A stretch of DNA of 64,000 nt from Escherichia coli (GCF_003334305.1 NZ_QOWS01000016.1); one strand, 5' to 3'; shown: positions 1-10,433, numbered from the stretch's first letter. Made by a program: numbers and translations. Notes: generated by a model from the sequence alone, not told the origin.

Positions 1-1712
1 CGCTGGCGCAACTGCGCCGCGAGCATTTCGGCTTTATTTTCCAGCGTTACCATTTACTTTCGCATTTAACCGCCGAGCAGAACGTTGAAGTACCCGCCGT
101 CTATGCCGGTCTTGAGCGGAAACAGCGGCTGCTTCGCGCCCAGGGGTTACTGCAACGACTGGGGCTGGAAGACCGTACAGAGTATTATCCGGCACAGCTT
201 TCGGGTGGTCAGCAACAGCGCGTCAGCATCGCGCGGGCATTGATGAACGGCGGTCAGGTAATTCTTGCCGATGAACCAACCGGCGCACTGGACAGCCATT
301 CTGGCGAAGAGGTGATGGCGATCCTGCATCAGCTGCGCGATCGCGGGCATACGGTGATTATCGTCACCCACGATCCGCAGGTCGCTGCTCAGGCCGAGCG
401 GGTGATCGAAATTCGCGACGGCGAAATTGTGCGCAATCCTCCCGCCATTGAAAAAGTGAATGTTGCTGGCGGGACGGAGCCTGTTGTCAACACGGTGTCT
501 GGCTGGCGGCAGTTTGTCAGCGGTTTTAACGAGGCGCTGACGATGGCATGGCGGGCGCTGGCAGCGAATAAAATGCGTACTTTACTGACCATGCTGGGGA
601 TTATTATCGGTATTGCGTCGGTGGTTTCCATTGTCGTGGTGGGTGACGCCGCCAAACAAATGGTGCTGGCGGATATTCGTTCTATTGGTACGAATACTAT
701 TGATGTCTATCCCGGGAAAGATTTTGGCGATGACGATCCGCAATATCAGCAGGCGCTGAAGTACGACGACTTAATCGCCATCCAAAAACAACCGTGGGTC
801 GCCTCAGCCACACCTGCCGTCTCGCAAAACCTGCGCCTGCGTTATAACAATGTTGATGTTGCTGCCAGTGCCAATGGCGTGAGCGGCGATTATTTTAATG
901 TCTATGGCATGACCTTCAGTGAAGGAAACACCTTTAATCAGGAGCAGCTGAACGGTCGTGCGCAGGTCGTGGTTCTCGACAGTAATACTCGCCGCCAGCT
1001 TTTCCCCCATAAAGCAGATGTGGTTGGCGAGGTGATTCTGGTCGGCAATATGCCCGCCAGAGTCATTGGTGTGGCGGAAGAAAAACAGTCGATGTTTGGT
1101 AGCAGTAAAGTGCTGCGTGTCTGGCTACCTTACAGCACGATGTCCGGGCGAGTTATGGGCCAGTCGTGGCTGAACTCCATTACTGTCAGGGTAAAAGAAG
1201 GATTTGACAGCGCCGAGGCGGAACAGCAACTCACGCGTTTACTTTCACTGCGCCACGGAAAGAAGGATTTCTTTACCTGGAACATGGACGGCGTCTTGAA
1301 AACTGTTGAAAAGACCACACGTACTTTACAACTGTTTCTGACGCTGGTGGCGGTGATTTCGCTGGTGGTGGGCGGTATTGGTGTAATGAATATTATGCTG
1401 GTGTCAGTGACCGAGCGGACGCGGGAAATTGGCATTCGCATGGCTGTAGGTGCGCGAGCAAGCGATGTTTTGCAACAGTTCCTGATCGAAGCCGTACTGG
1501 TTTGCCTGGTGGGTGGCGCGTTGGGAATAACTCTGTCACTGTTAATTGCTTTCACCTTGCAGCTTTTCTTACCCGGCTGGGAGATTGGTTTTTCACCGTT
1601 GGCACTGCTGCTGGCGTTTCTCTGCTCGACGGCCACCGGGATTTTATTTGGATGGTTACCCGCACGAAATGCGGCACGACTGGATCCAGTAGATGCTCTG
1701 GCACGAGAGTAA
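1..1712 (+). CDS. macB: macB, macrolide export ABC transporter ATPase/permease; 5' end truncated by window edge (codon phase starts at nt 3)
   Basis: Open frame runs from window start to stop at 1710-1712; translation shows ABC signature LSGGQQQR, Walker B ILADEPT and C-terminal FtsX-type TM segments. Confidence 0.93.
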   Translation, partial: LAQLRREHFGFIFQRYHLLSHLTAEQNVEVPAVYAGLERKQRLLRAQGLLQRLGLEDRTEYYPAQLSGGQQQRVSIARALMNGGQVILADEPTGALDSHSGEEVMAILHQLRDRGHTVIIVTHDPQVAAQAERVIEIRDGEIVRNPPAIEKVNVAGGTEPVVNTVSGWRQFVSGFNEALTMAWRALAANKMRTLLTMLGIIIGIASVVSIVVVGDAAKQMVLADIRSIGTNTIDVYPGKDFGDDDPQYQQALKYDDLIAIQKQPWVASATPAVSQNLRLRYNNVDVAASANGVSGDYFNVYGMTFSEGNTFNQEQLNGRAQVVVLDSNTRRQLFPHKADVVGEVILVGNMPARVIGVAEEKQSMFGSSKVLRVWLPYSTMSGRVMGQSWLNSITVRVKEGFDSAEAEQQLTRLLSLRHGKKDFFTWNMDGVLKTVEKTTRTLQLFLTLVAVISLVVGGIGVMNIMLVSVTERTREIGIRMAVGARASDVLQQFLIEAVLVCLVGGALGITLSLLIAFTLQLFLPGWEIGFSPLALLLAFLCSTATGILFGWLPARNAARLDPVDALARE

Positions 1713-1721
1713 TTTTTGAGA

Positions 1722-1753
1722 TAAAAATGCCAGCCGATCGGGCTGGCATTTTG
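1722..1753. terminator. Bidirectional terminator between convergent macB and cspD
   Basis: TGCCAGCC-GATCG-GGCTGGCA hairpin flanked by AAAAA (5') and TTTT (3'). Confidence 0.75.
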
Positions 1754-1784
1754 CCTTTAGGATGTACACAATGAGACAGAAGAG

Positions 1785-2009
1785 CTATGCGACTGCCGCT
1801 TCTACTTCGACGGGCACAATAACACTGGCGTGATTGCCTTTTGGCCCCTGGTGGACATCAAACTGAACGGATTGTCCAGCTTTTAGCGTTCTGTAACCAT
1901 CCATCTGAATGGTGGAATAATGAGCGAAAATATCTTCGCCGCCGCCTTCAGGGCAGATGAAACCAAACCCTTTGGCATTGTTGAACCACTTAACAGTACC
2001 CTTTTCCAT
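1785..2009 (-). CDS. cspD: cspD, cold-shock-domain stationary-phase protein (74 aa)
   Basis: ORF track 1785..2039; start trimmed to MEKGTVKWFNNAKGFGFI (RNP1 motif); ATG at 2007-2009 on minus strand. Confidence 0.93.
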   Translation of the reverse strand: MEKGTVKWFNNAKGFGFICPEGGGEDIFAHYSTIQMDGYRTLKAGQSVQFDVHQGPKGNHASVIVPVEVEAAVA

Positions 2010-2229
2010 GCTTCGACATCCTTCGCAAATCTTATACAAGTAAGATGGAATAAACCGGGGTCAGAGAGGGGGCTGTTCAAAACCTCGCCAACTCTAGAAA
2101 TACAATTTAGAGAATTAGGGCGAGCCGTCAAGCGTTTGACAGGGGCCAGGGGGCAGGTATGAATCAAAAATTTGAAGCAGTTAACGCTATTGACAGGAAT
2201 GTGACAGATGTCGCTGATGCCAACGATAG

Positions 2230-2247
2230 ATGATAGTTATCTATCAT
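2230..2247. promoter_or_regulatory. Inverted repeat in the cspD/clpS divergent region (possible operator)
   Basis: ATGATAG-ttat-CTATCAT, 7-bp perfect arms, about 85 bp upstream of the clpS ATG. Confidence 0.3.
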
Positions 2248-2331
2248 GTGGAGTAGATTGGTCAGGCAAATAAGCTCTTGTCAGCGGCAGGGCGTTCTGC
2301 CGATAACCGTAATCGAAGATGATAACTGACA

Positions 2332-2652
2332 ATGGGTAAAACGAACGACTGGCTGGACTTTGATCAACTGGCGGAAGAAAAAGTTCGCGACGCGCTAAAA
2401 CCGCCATCTATGTATAAAGTGATATTAGTCAATGATGATTACACTCCGATGGAGTTTGTTATTGACGTGTTACAAAAATTCTTTTCTTATGATGTAGAAC
2501 GTGCAACGCAATTGATGCTCGCTGTTCACTACCAGGGGAAGGCCATTTGCGGAGTCTTTACCGCCGAGGTTGCAGAAACCAAAGTGGCGATGGTGAACAA
2601 GTACGCGAGGGAGAATGAGCATCCATTGCTGTGTACGCTAGAAAAAGCCTGA
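2332..2652 (+). CDS. clpS: clpS, ClpA adaptor for N-degron substrates (106 aa)
   Basis: ORF 2332..2652; protein [43 protein letters not shown] is recognisable as ClpS. Confidence 0.95.
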
Positions 2653-2682
2653 ATGCAGGCATAAAAATTGGGGGAGGTGCCT

Positions 2683-4959
2683 ATGCTCAATCAAGAACTG
2701 GAACTCAGTTTAAATATGGCTTTCGCCAGAGCGCGCGAGCACCGTCATGAGTTTATGACCGTCGAGCACTTGTTACTGGCGCTGCTCAGTAACCCATCTG
2801 CCCGGGAGGCGCTGGAAGCGTGTTCTGTGGATTTGGTTGCGCTCCGTCAGGAACTGGAAGCCTTTATTGAACAAACCACACCCGTTCTGCCTGCCAGTGA
2901 AGAGGAGCGCGACACACAGCCGACGCTGAGTTTTCAGCGTGTACTGCAACGTGCGGTCTTCCATGTCCAATCCTCCGGTCGCAATGAGGTAACCGGTGCA
3001 AACGTTCTGGTCGCTATCTTTAGCGAACAGGAGTCGCAGGCGGCATATCTGTTGCGTAAACATGAAGTCAGCCGTCTCGATGTGGTGAACTTTATCTCTC
3101 ATGGCACGCGTAAAGACGAGCCGACACAGTCTTCTGATCCTGGCAGCCAGCCAAACAGCGAAGAACTAGCTGGTGGGGAGGAACGTATGGAGAATTTCAC
3201 GACGAACCTGAATCAGCTTGCGCGCGTGGGCGGAATCGACCCACTGATTGGTCGTGAGAAGGAGCTGGAGCGTGCTATTCAGGTTCTCTGCCGTCGCCGT
3301 AAAAACAACCCGCTGCTGGTGGGGGAATCTGGTGTCGGTAAAACCGCGATTGCGGAAGGTCTTGCCTGGCGAATTGTTCAGGGCGATGTGCCGGAAGTGA
3401 TGGCTGACTGTACGATTTACTCTCTCGATATCGGTTCTCTGTTAGCGGGCACTAAATATCGCGGCGACTTTGAAAAACGTTTTAAAGCGTTGCTCAAGCA
3501 ACTGGAGCAGGACACTAACAGCATCCTGTTTATTGATGAGATCCACACCATTATCGGTGCGGGGGCAGCGTCTGGTGGCCAGGTCGATGCGGCTAACCTG
3601 ATCAAACCGTTGCTCTCCAGCGGTAAAATTCGCGTAATTGGTTCGACAACCTATCAGGAGTTCAGCAACATTTTCGAGAAAGACCGTGCTCTGGCGCGTC
3701 GCTTCCAGAAAATTGATATTACTGAACCGTCGATCGAAGAAACTGTTCAAATCATCAATGGCCTGAAACCGAAGTATGAAGCGCACCACGACGTGCGTTA
3801 TACCGCAAAAGCGGTGCGTGCAGCGGTAGAGCTGGCGGTGAAATACATTAACGATCGTCATCTGCCGGATAAAGCCATTGACGTTATCGACGAAGCGGGC
3901 GCTCGCGCACGCCTGATGCCGGTAAGCAAACGCAAGAAAACCGTTAATGTGGCGGATATTGAGTCCGTGGTGGCCCGTATTGCGCGCATTCCAGAGAAGA
4001 GTGTTTCTCAGAGTGACCGCGATACCCTGAAAAACCTCGGCGATCGCCTGAAAATGCTGGTCTTCGGTCAGGATAAAGCCATTGAGGCGCTGACTGAAGC
4101 CATTAAGATGGCGCGTGCAGGTTTAGGTCACGAACATAAACCGGTTGGTTCGTTCCTGTTTGCCGGCCCTACCGGGGTCGGGAAAACAGAGGTGACGGTA
4201 CAGCTTTCGAAAGCGTTGGGCATTGAGCTGCTGCGCTTTGATATGTCCGAGTATATGGAACGCCATACCGTCAGCCGTCTGATTGGTGCGCCTCCGGGAT
4301 ACGTTGGTTTTGATCAGGGAGGTTTGCTGACTGATGCGGTCATCAAGCATCCACATGCGGTGCTGTTGCTGGACGAAATCGAGAAAGCGCATCCGGACGT
4401 GTTCAATATTCTGTTGCAGGTGATGGACAACGGTACGCTGACCGATAACAACGGACGCAAAGCGGACTTCCGTAACGTGGTGCTGGTGATGACCACCAAC
4501 GCCGGGGTACGTGAAACTGAGCGTAAATCCATTGGTCTTATCCACCAGGATAACAGCACCGATGCGATGGAGGAGATCAAGAAGATCTTTACACCGGAAT
4601 TCCGTAACCGTCTCGACAACATTATCTGGTTTGATCATCTGTCAACCGACGTGATCCATCAGGTGGTGGATAAATTCATCGTCGAGTTGCAGGTTCAGCT
4701 GGATCAGAAAGGTGTTTCTCTGGAAGTGAGCCAGGAAGCGCGTAACTGGCTGGCCGAGAAAGGTTACGACCGGGCAATGGGCGCACGTCCGATGGCGCGT
4801 GTCATCCAGGACAACCTGAAAAAACCGCTCGCCAACGAACTGCTGTTTGGTTCGCTGGTGGACGGCGGTCAGGTCACCGTCGCGCTGGATAAAGAGAAAA
4901 ATGAGCTGACTTACGGATTCCAGAGTGCACAAAAGCACAAGGCGGAAGCAGCGCATTAA
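2683..4959 (+). CDS. clpA: clpA, ATP-dependent Clp protease ATP-binding subunit (758 aa)
   Basis: ORF track 2668..4959; start trimmed to ATG 2683 ([10 protein letters not shown]) preceded by GGGGAGG SD; two AAA+ modules with Walker A GESGVGKT and GPTGVGKT. Confidence 0.96.
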   Translation: MLNQELELSLNMAFARAREHRHEFMTVEHLLLALLSNPSAREALEACSVDLVALRQELEAFIEQTTPVLPASEEERDTQPTLSFQRVLQRAVFHVQSSGRNEVTGANVLVAIFSEQESQAAYLLRKHEVSRLDVVNFISHGTRKDEPTQSSDPGSQPNSEELAGGEERMENFTTNLNQLARVGGIDPLIGREKELERAIQVLCRRRKNNPLLVGESGVGKTAIAEGLAWRIVQGDVPEVMADCTIYSLDIGSLLAGTKYRGDFEKRFKALLKQLEQDTNSILFIDEIHTIIGAGAASGGQVDAANLIKPLLSSGKIRVIGSTTYQEFSNIFEKDRALARRFQKIDITEPSIEETVQIINGLKPKYEAHHDVRYTAKAVRAAVELAVKYINDRHLPDKAIDVIDEAGARARLMPVSKRKKTVNVADIESVVARIARIPEKSVSQSDRDTLKNLGDRLKMLVFGQDKAIEALTEAIKMARAGLGHEHKPVGSFLFAGPTGVGKTEVTVQLSKALGIELLRFDMSEYMERHTVSRLIGAPPGYVGFDQGGLLTDAVIKHPHAVLLLDEIEKAHPDVFNILLQVMDNGTLTDNNGRKADFRNVVLVMTTNAGVRETERKSIGLIHQDNSTDAMEEIKKIFTPEFRNRLDNIIWFDHLSTDVIHQVVDKFIVELQVQLDQKGVSLEVSQEARNWLAEKGYDRAMGARPMARVIQDNLKKPLANELLFGSLVDGGQVTVALDKEKNELTYGFQSAQKHKAEAAH
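3176..3189 (+). promoter_or_regulatory. Internal ribosome-binding site plus in-frame ATG (Met169) inside clpA, consistent with internal initiation giving the shorter ClpA form
   Basis: GGAGG at 3176-3180 followed 6 nt later by in-frame ATG at 3187-3189 (…[11 protein letters not shown]…). Confidence 0.5.
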
Positions 4960-4984
4960 TCTGATTGTTAGGTAGGTTGGTCAA

Positions 4985-5020
4985 GTCCGTAATCTCGAAA
5001 GAGGTTACGGACTTTTTGTT
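4985..5020 (+). terminator. Rho-independent terminator downstream of clpA
   Basis: GTCCGTAATCTC-GAAA-GAGGTTACGGAC hairpin followed by TTTTTGTT. Confidence 0.75.
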
Positions 5021-5171
5021 TATGGGGTGGAGGAGGTTCAGACCCTTTTTTTAATGATGATGGTAAGTTGTTGATAATTAGTGCTGCGGGAAGGTAAGGA
5101 TAAAAAAGGGTGCTGCAGGAGAATGGGATGGTTTTGCTTTATTAACAACGGGCTAAACGTGTAGTATTTGA

Positions 5172-5259
5172 GTTCACTGCCGTACAGGCAGCTTAGAAAT
5201 CGACGGGGTGCGGTAAAACCTTTGCGAACGCGTTCACTGCCGTACAGACAGATAAAATG
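5172..5259 (+). CRISPR. Orphan type I-F CRISPR remnant: 2 repeats flanking one 32-nt spacer, no cas genes in window
   Basis: Repeat 1 5172-5199 GTTCACTGCCGTACAGGCAGCTTAGAAA (canonical I-F repeat); spacer 5200-5231; repeat 2 5232-5259 GTTCACTGCCGTACAGACAGATAAAATG (22/28 identical, degenerate terminal repeat). Confidence 0.85.
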
Positions 5260-5291
5260 CGAAAAAAAAGCTCGCACTTTCGTACGAGCTC
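5260..5291 (-). terminator. Terminator of serW tRNA gene
   Basis: Hairpin AGCTCGCAC-TTTC-GTACGAGCT at 5268-5291 with the A8 run 5260-5267 (U-tract on minus strand), immediately 3' of the tRNA. Confidence 0.6.
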
Positions 5292-5302
5292 TTCTTTAAA
5301 TA

Positions 5303-5390
5303 TGGCGGTGAGGGGGGGATTCGAACCCCCGATACGTTGCCGTATACACACTTTCCAGGCGTGCTCCTTCAGCCACTCGGACACCTCACC
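5303..5390 (-). tRNA. serW: tRNA-Ser (anticodon GGA), CCA encoded
   Basis: Minus-strand read GGTGAGGTGTCCGAGTGGCTGAAGGAGCACGCCTGGAAAGTG…GGTTCGAATCCCCCCCTCACCGCCA; long variable arm typical of tRNA-Ser. Confidence 0.95.
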
Positions 5391-5574
5391 AAATTGTTTT
5401 GCTACCAAACCTCATGGGTGGCAACGGGGCGCTACTATAGGGAGTTGGAGTAAAACGGTCAAGAAGAATTTTAATGATAATTATTGTTTGCTCATACTGT
5501 AAACAAGTTGTGCAGTATATCTACATCGAGACAAGTTACGGACTTATACTTCCAAAGTACTTCATACATATCAC

Positions 5575-5604
5575 AAAATAAAAAGGCCGGTTAAACCGAC
5601 CTTT
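5575..5604 (-). terminator. Terminator downstream of infA
   Basis: Hairpin GGCCGGTT-TAAA-CCGACC (with G-U pairs at RNA level) followed on minus strand by a U-tract (plus-strand AAAATAAAAA). Confidence 0.55.
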
Positions 5605-5643
5605 TACTCGTTCTTTCTCTTCGCCCATCAGGCGGTAAAACAA

Positions 5644-5865
<222 letters not shown>

Positions 5866-6146
5866 ATCCTCTGGGGTATCACTACCGTAATTTGAACCGG
5901 CAAGATAATGCCGAAGTTCTGTAAATAAGTAAAGATTTGCGCGCTAAATCGCAACAAACAGGTTCGGCACATTACTCCGAAAACACACGGCTAAGCCGCA
6001 CCAAAAGCGCAACGTATAAGGGAGCGGTGAGATAAACGATGGGCGTTACCTGACGCGAAAAATTCCTTATCGGCAGCGGGGTAATGAGCGTAACCAACTC
6101 TGCGACCGCAATTATAACACTCTGGGGAGAAATGTGCCGAAAACAT

Positions 6147-6851
6147 TCATTCTTGTGGTGAAAACAAGCATCGTGGTACCCAGAAATTATTCGGCAATCG
6201 TCCGAGGCGCATTTGATTGAGATAATTAAGGTAATCCCGGCGGGGAATTTCGCAGGCACCAAGCGATGCTGTGTGATCGTTAAGGACCTGGCAGTCGATA
6301 AGCTTACCGCCATGACCGATAAATTCCTCACAGAATACCAGAAGCGCCGTTTTAGACGCATTTTCCATCCGGCTGAACATGGACTCGCCACAAAATAGCG
6401 TTCCCTGGGCCACGCCGTACATACCGCCGACAAGCTCATCTTCACGCCAGACTTCAATGGAGTGGGCATGGCCGAGTTCGTGAAGGCGATGGTAGGCTTC
6501 GACCACGCCACGCGTGATCCAGGTTCCTTCTTCGCGATCGCTGGCACAGCCTTCAATGACCTGACCAAAAGCGTAATTCATCGTGACACGATAGGGCGAG
6601 CGTTTATGAAATCGCTTCATACTACGGCTGATATGCAGTGATTCTGGCCATAGCACCGCGCGGGGATCGGGCGACCACCAGAGGATGGGGTCGCCTGGAG
6701 AAAACCACGGAAAAATACCACGCTGGTAAGCCATTAACAGGCGCGCAGGGCTAAGATCGCCCCCAAGTGCCAGCAGGCCGTTAGGCTCACGTAATGCGCC
6801 TTCCGGGGAAGGGAAGGCTATTGAATGGCGAGAAAGCTGAACCAGGCGCAT
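6147..6851 (-). CDS. aat: aat, leucyl/phenylalanyl-tRNA--protein transferase (234 aa)
   Basis: ORF 6147..6851; protein [50 protein letters not shown]; synteny infA-aat-cydC. Confidence 0.93.
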
Positions 6852-6892
6852 GACCGCAAAACTCCACGCAAGTCGGATCGTTCAATAATAGC

Positions 6893-8614
6893 TTACAAAC
6901 CCTGCTTGAACTGGTAATAACGCCCCTGTCTGGCAAGCAGCTCTGCGTGAGTACCTTGCTCAATAATTTGCCCGTTGTCCATCACTATTATTTGTTGGAA
7001 ACGAGAGAGTCCGCGAAGTCGATGGGTGACCATTAACACCGTTTTCTCACGCATCATTTCTGCAAGCAATTCAAGGATCTGGCTTTCGGTTGTGGCATCT
7101 AAGCCTTCGGTAGGTTCATCCAGCAACACCAGTGGCGCATCATGTAACAGCGCACGGGCGATAGCCAGACGGCGCAGTTCACCACCGGAGAGCTGGCGTC
7201 CGCCTTCACCTAACCAACTGTTGAGACCTGCATCCTCGAGCAGCTTCTCCAGGCCAACGCGACGCAAGCTCTCCGCCAGAGCCTCATCACTACTGCCAGG
7301 CGAGGCGAGTAACAGATTATCACGCAGCGTGGCGCTAAACAGATGCACTCGCTGAGGAACAACGCTGATGGTCTGTCGTAGAGCCGCTTCATTCAGGCTG
7401 GCTATGGGGCTATCGTTAAGCAAAATCTCGCCCTGTTGCGGGTCCCAAGCGCGGGTCAGCAGTTGTAACAGTGTTGATTTGCCGCATCCGGTTCGCCCGA
7501 GAATCGCAATATGTTCCCCGGCGTTTACCTGAAGAGAAATCCCTTTAAGTGCCTGTTGGGATTGCTCCGGATAAGTGAACTGAACATCCCGTAATGTCAG
7601 CGAAACGCGATCGGCAACACGAGTTTGGGTATCAGGGAAGGTGACTTCCGGTTTTTGATCCGTTAAATCAGTGATCCGAACGGCAGAGGCAATGACTTGC
7701 CCCAGATGCTGAAATGCACCCGTTACTGGTGCCAGTGCTTCAAACGCGGCTAACGCGCAGAAGACAAACAGGGCAATTAACGCGCCGGGTTGAGCATTGC
7801 CGCCAACGCCGCCAGACGCCATCCACAGCATCAGGATCACCGCTAACGCGCCAATGAGTAGCATTATCGCTTGCGACAATGCGGTCAGTTCAGATTGACG
7901 GCGTTGCGCTTCCAGCCATTGAATTTCTGTATTCTCTAGTTGCGTGCGATAACGATCGCTGGCACCAAAAATGGTCAGCTCAGCTTGCCCTTGCAGCCAG
8001 GCCGTCAGTTGTTGGCGATACTGTCCGCGAAGATGAGTCAGATTTTGCCCGGTGCTTTTTCCCGCACGATAAAACAGCGGTGGCATCAGGAAAAGCGTCA
8101 GTAACATAATGCCGCCCAGCGTAAAGGCGAGGGTGAAATCAAGGAAACTTAACCCGATTGTCACCACCATAATCACCACAAAAGCGCCCACCAGCGGCGA
8201 GATAACGCGCAGATAAAGATGATCGAGCGTATCAACATCCGCCACCACGCGATTGAGCAATTCGCCCTGACGATAGCGCGCCAGTCCGGCAGGGGAGAGG
8301 GGCAGCAATTTGCTGAAGGTGTAAATGCGCAGATGCTGCAACACGCGGAAAGTCGCGTCGTGACTTACCAGACGTTCAAAATAACGCCCGGCAGTACGGG
8401 TGATTGCTGCGCCACGCACGCCCGCAGCGGGTAGCATATAGTTGAAGCTGTACAGTCCGGCAACCCCCGCAACCGCTGAGGCCGAGAGGAACCAGCCGGA
8501 AAGTGTCAACAGACCGATACTGGCGAGCAGCGTGACAATTGCCAGCACGATACCAAGACTTAACATCCATTTATGACGTTTATACAGTGCCAGATAGGGT
8601 AGCAAAGCGCGCAT
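6893..8614 (-). CDS. cydC: cydC, glutathione/cysteine ABC exporter subunit (573 aa)
   Basis: N-terminal 6-TM domain plus ABC ATPase (GRTGCGKST Walker A, LSGGE signature); stop of cydD abuts start. Confidence 0.95.
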   Translation of the reverse strand: MRALLPYLALYKRHKWMLSLGIVLAIVTLLASIGLLTLSGWFLSASAVAGVAGLYSFNYMLPAAGVRGAAITRTAGRYFERLVSHDATFRVLQHLRIYTFSKLLPLSPAGLARYRQGELLNRVVADVDTLDHLYLRVISPLVGAFVVIMVVTIGLSFLDFTLAFTLGGIMLLTLFLMPPLFYRAGKSTGQNLTHLRGQYRQQLTAWLQGQAELTIFGASDRYRTQLENTEIQWLEAQRRQSELTALSQAIMLLIGALAVILMLWMASGGVGGNAQPGALIALFVFCALAAFEALAPVTGAFQHLGQVIASAVRITDLTDQKPEVTFPDTQTRVADRVSLTLRDVQFTYPEQSQQALKGISLQVNAGEHIAILGRTGCGKSTLLQLLTRAWDPQQGEILLNDSPIASLNEAALRQTISVVPQRVHLFSATLRDNLLLASPGSSDEALAESLRRVGLEKLLEDAGLNSWLGEGGRQLSGGELRRLAIARALLHDAPLVLLDEPTEGLDATTESQILELLAEMMREKTVLMVTHRLRGLSRFQQIIVMDNGQIIEQGTHAELLARQGRYYQFKQGL

Positions 8615-10381
8615 TTAAATCTCCTCCTGACGATGGGCCAGTAATGTGGCGAATGGGCCACCAGCCACACTTAATTCCGCGTAACGTCCTTGCTCAATAA
8701 TCCGGCCATCCTGCATAACCCAAATGACATCCCAGTCAGCAAGATCTTCTAACTGGTGGGTGACCATTAACGTTGTCTGGCGCAGAGAGGCGGCATTCAG
8801 CGCCTCCATTACGCGCTGTTCACTGTGAGCATCAAGGCTGGCAGCGGGTTCATCCAACAGTAATAGCGAACAGGGATTTAGTAACGCACGGGCCACCGCC
8901 ACGCGCTGCGCCTGCCCCACGGAAAGGCGGGCAGCCTGGTCGCCAACAGGCGTATCAACGCCTTGTGGCAGGAGCGGTAGAAACTCGCTGACCCAGGCGT
9001 TATCCAGCGCTGCTTGTAATTCTTGTTCGCTGGCATCAGGTCGCGCCAGTAGTACGTTATCCCGCAATGTTGCTGCCGGTAATTGTGGGTTTTGCCCAAC
9101 CCAGGAGAGATGTTTACGCCATGATTCTGGTGATAAATCGCGTAATTCTATCCCGTTGATTCGTAATGATCCCTGATATGAAAGAAAACCAGAAAGCGCG
9201 TTCAGCAGTGAGCTTTTACCTGAACCGCTGCGACCAACCAACACTGCACGTTGGCCTGCTGGCAAAGTAAAGTTCAGCGGTCCGGCCAGCGTTTTACCTT
9301 CCGGCGACGTGATAAACAGATCCTCGGCCTCAATGGTCACCGGATCGGTCGATGCTAATTCCGCCTCACCGCGCTGCGGATGGGCGAGCGGGGTTTCCAT
9401 AAACGTTTTCAGACTGTCAGCTGCACCAACAGCCTGGGCTTTAGCATGATAAAACGTACCGAGATCGCGCAATGGCTGGAAAAACTCTGGCGCAAGGATC
9501 AGGGCCAGAAAACCCGCAGCCAGCGTCACACCGGTATCGTAGTGACCAAAATCCAGCTCGCCGAGATAGGAAAAACCAAAGTAGACCGCCACCAGAGCAA
9601 TTGACAGCGAGGTAAAAAATTCGAGAATGCCGGAGGATAAAAACGCCAGCCGTAGCACTTCCATTGTCCGTTGGCGGAAATCTTCCGAAGCAGAACGAAT
9701 ACTTTCAATTTCAGCTTCACCACGACCAAAAATACGCAATGTTTCCATGCCGCGCAGGCGATCGAGGAAATGCCCACTTAAGCGAGCAAGAGCGAGAAAG
9801 TTACGCCGGTTAGCATCGGCAGCCCCCATCCCAACCAGCGCCATAAACAACGGAATTAACGGTGCTGTGCCCAGCAGAATGAGCGCCGCAGCCCAGTTAG
9901 AGGGGAAGATCGCCACCACAATCAGCAACGGCACCGACACTGCCAGCGCCATTTGCGGCAGGTAGCGTGCATAGTAATCATGCATATCGTCAATTTGCTC
10001 GAGTACCAACGTCGCCCAGCTCCCCGCAGGTTTACCCTGAATCCACGCTGGCCCTGCTTGTTGCAGACGGTCGAGAACCTGACGGCGGATGGCAAAGCGG
10101 ATATGCTGCCCGGCGTGATAACCCACCCGTTCGCGTAACCAGACCACCCATGCGCGCAGTACAAAGGTCAGAACCAGTAACGTAAAGGGAAGCAGCAGGG
10201 CTTCACGGGGAATATTCTCCATAATCATATGTTGCAGAATTCGCGCCATGAACCAGGCCTGGGCAATGATCAATATGCCGCTTACAAAGCCCAGCAGACG
10301 AGAAATATTCAGCCAACGTTGGGAGATGACGCTTTGCTGTTTTAACCAGCGGGTTAACTCTTTTTGACGGGATTTATTCAT
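8615..10381 (-). CDS. cydD: cydD, glutathione/cysteine ABC exporter subunit (588 aa)
   Basis: TM domain plus ABC ATPase ([14 protein letters not shown]); directly upstream of cydC on same strand. Confidence 0.95.
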   Translation of the reverse strand: MNKSRQKELTRWLKQQSVISQRWLNISRLLGFVSGILIIAQAWFMARILQHMIMENIPREALLLPFTLLVLTFVLRAWVVWLRERVGYHAGQHIRFAIRRQVLDRLQQAGPAWIQGKPAGSWATLVLEQIDDMHDYYARYLPQMALAVSVPLLIVVAIFPSNWAAALILLGTAPLIPLFMALVGMGAADANRRNFLALARLSGHFLDRLRGMETLRIFGRGEAEIESIRSASEDFRQRTMEVLRLAFLSSGILEFFTSLSIALVAVYFGFSYLGELDFGHYDTGVTLAAGFLALILAPEFFQPLRDLGTFYHAKAQAVGAADSLKTFMETPLAHPQRGEAELASTDPVTIEAEDLFITSPEGKTLAGPLNFTLPAGQRAVLVGRSGSGKSSLLNALSGFLSYQGSLRINGIELRDLSPESWRKHLSWVGQNPQLPAATLRDNVLLARPDASEQELQAALDNAWVSEFLPLLPQGVDTPVGDQAARLSVGQAQRVAVARALLNPCSLLLLDEPAASLDAHSEQRVMEALNAASLRQTTLMVTHQLEDLADWDVIWVMQDGRIIEQGRYAELSVAGGPFATLLAHRQEEI

Positions 10382-10433
10382 TGCACGCTTAGCAGGTGAG
10401 TTATCAGAATTATTTGCAGAGCAATGTTACAAC

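Noticed and set aside
5972-6568. 198-aa minus-strand ORF overlapping aat in another frame
   Set aside because: The aat frame (6147..6851) gives the recognisable Aat protein; the alternative frame has no homology features.
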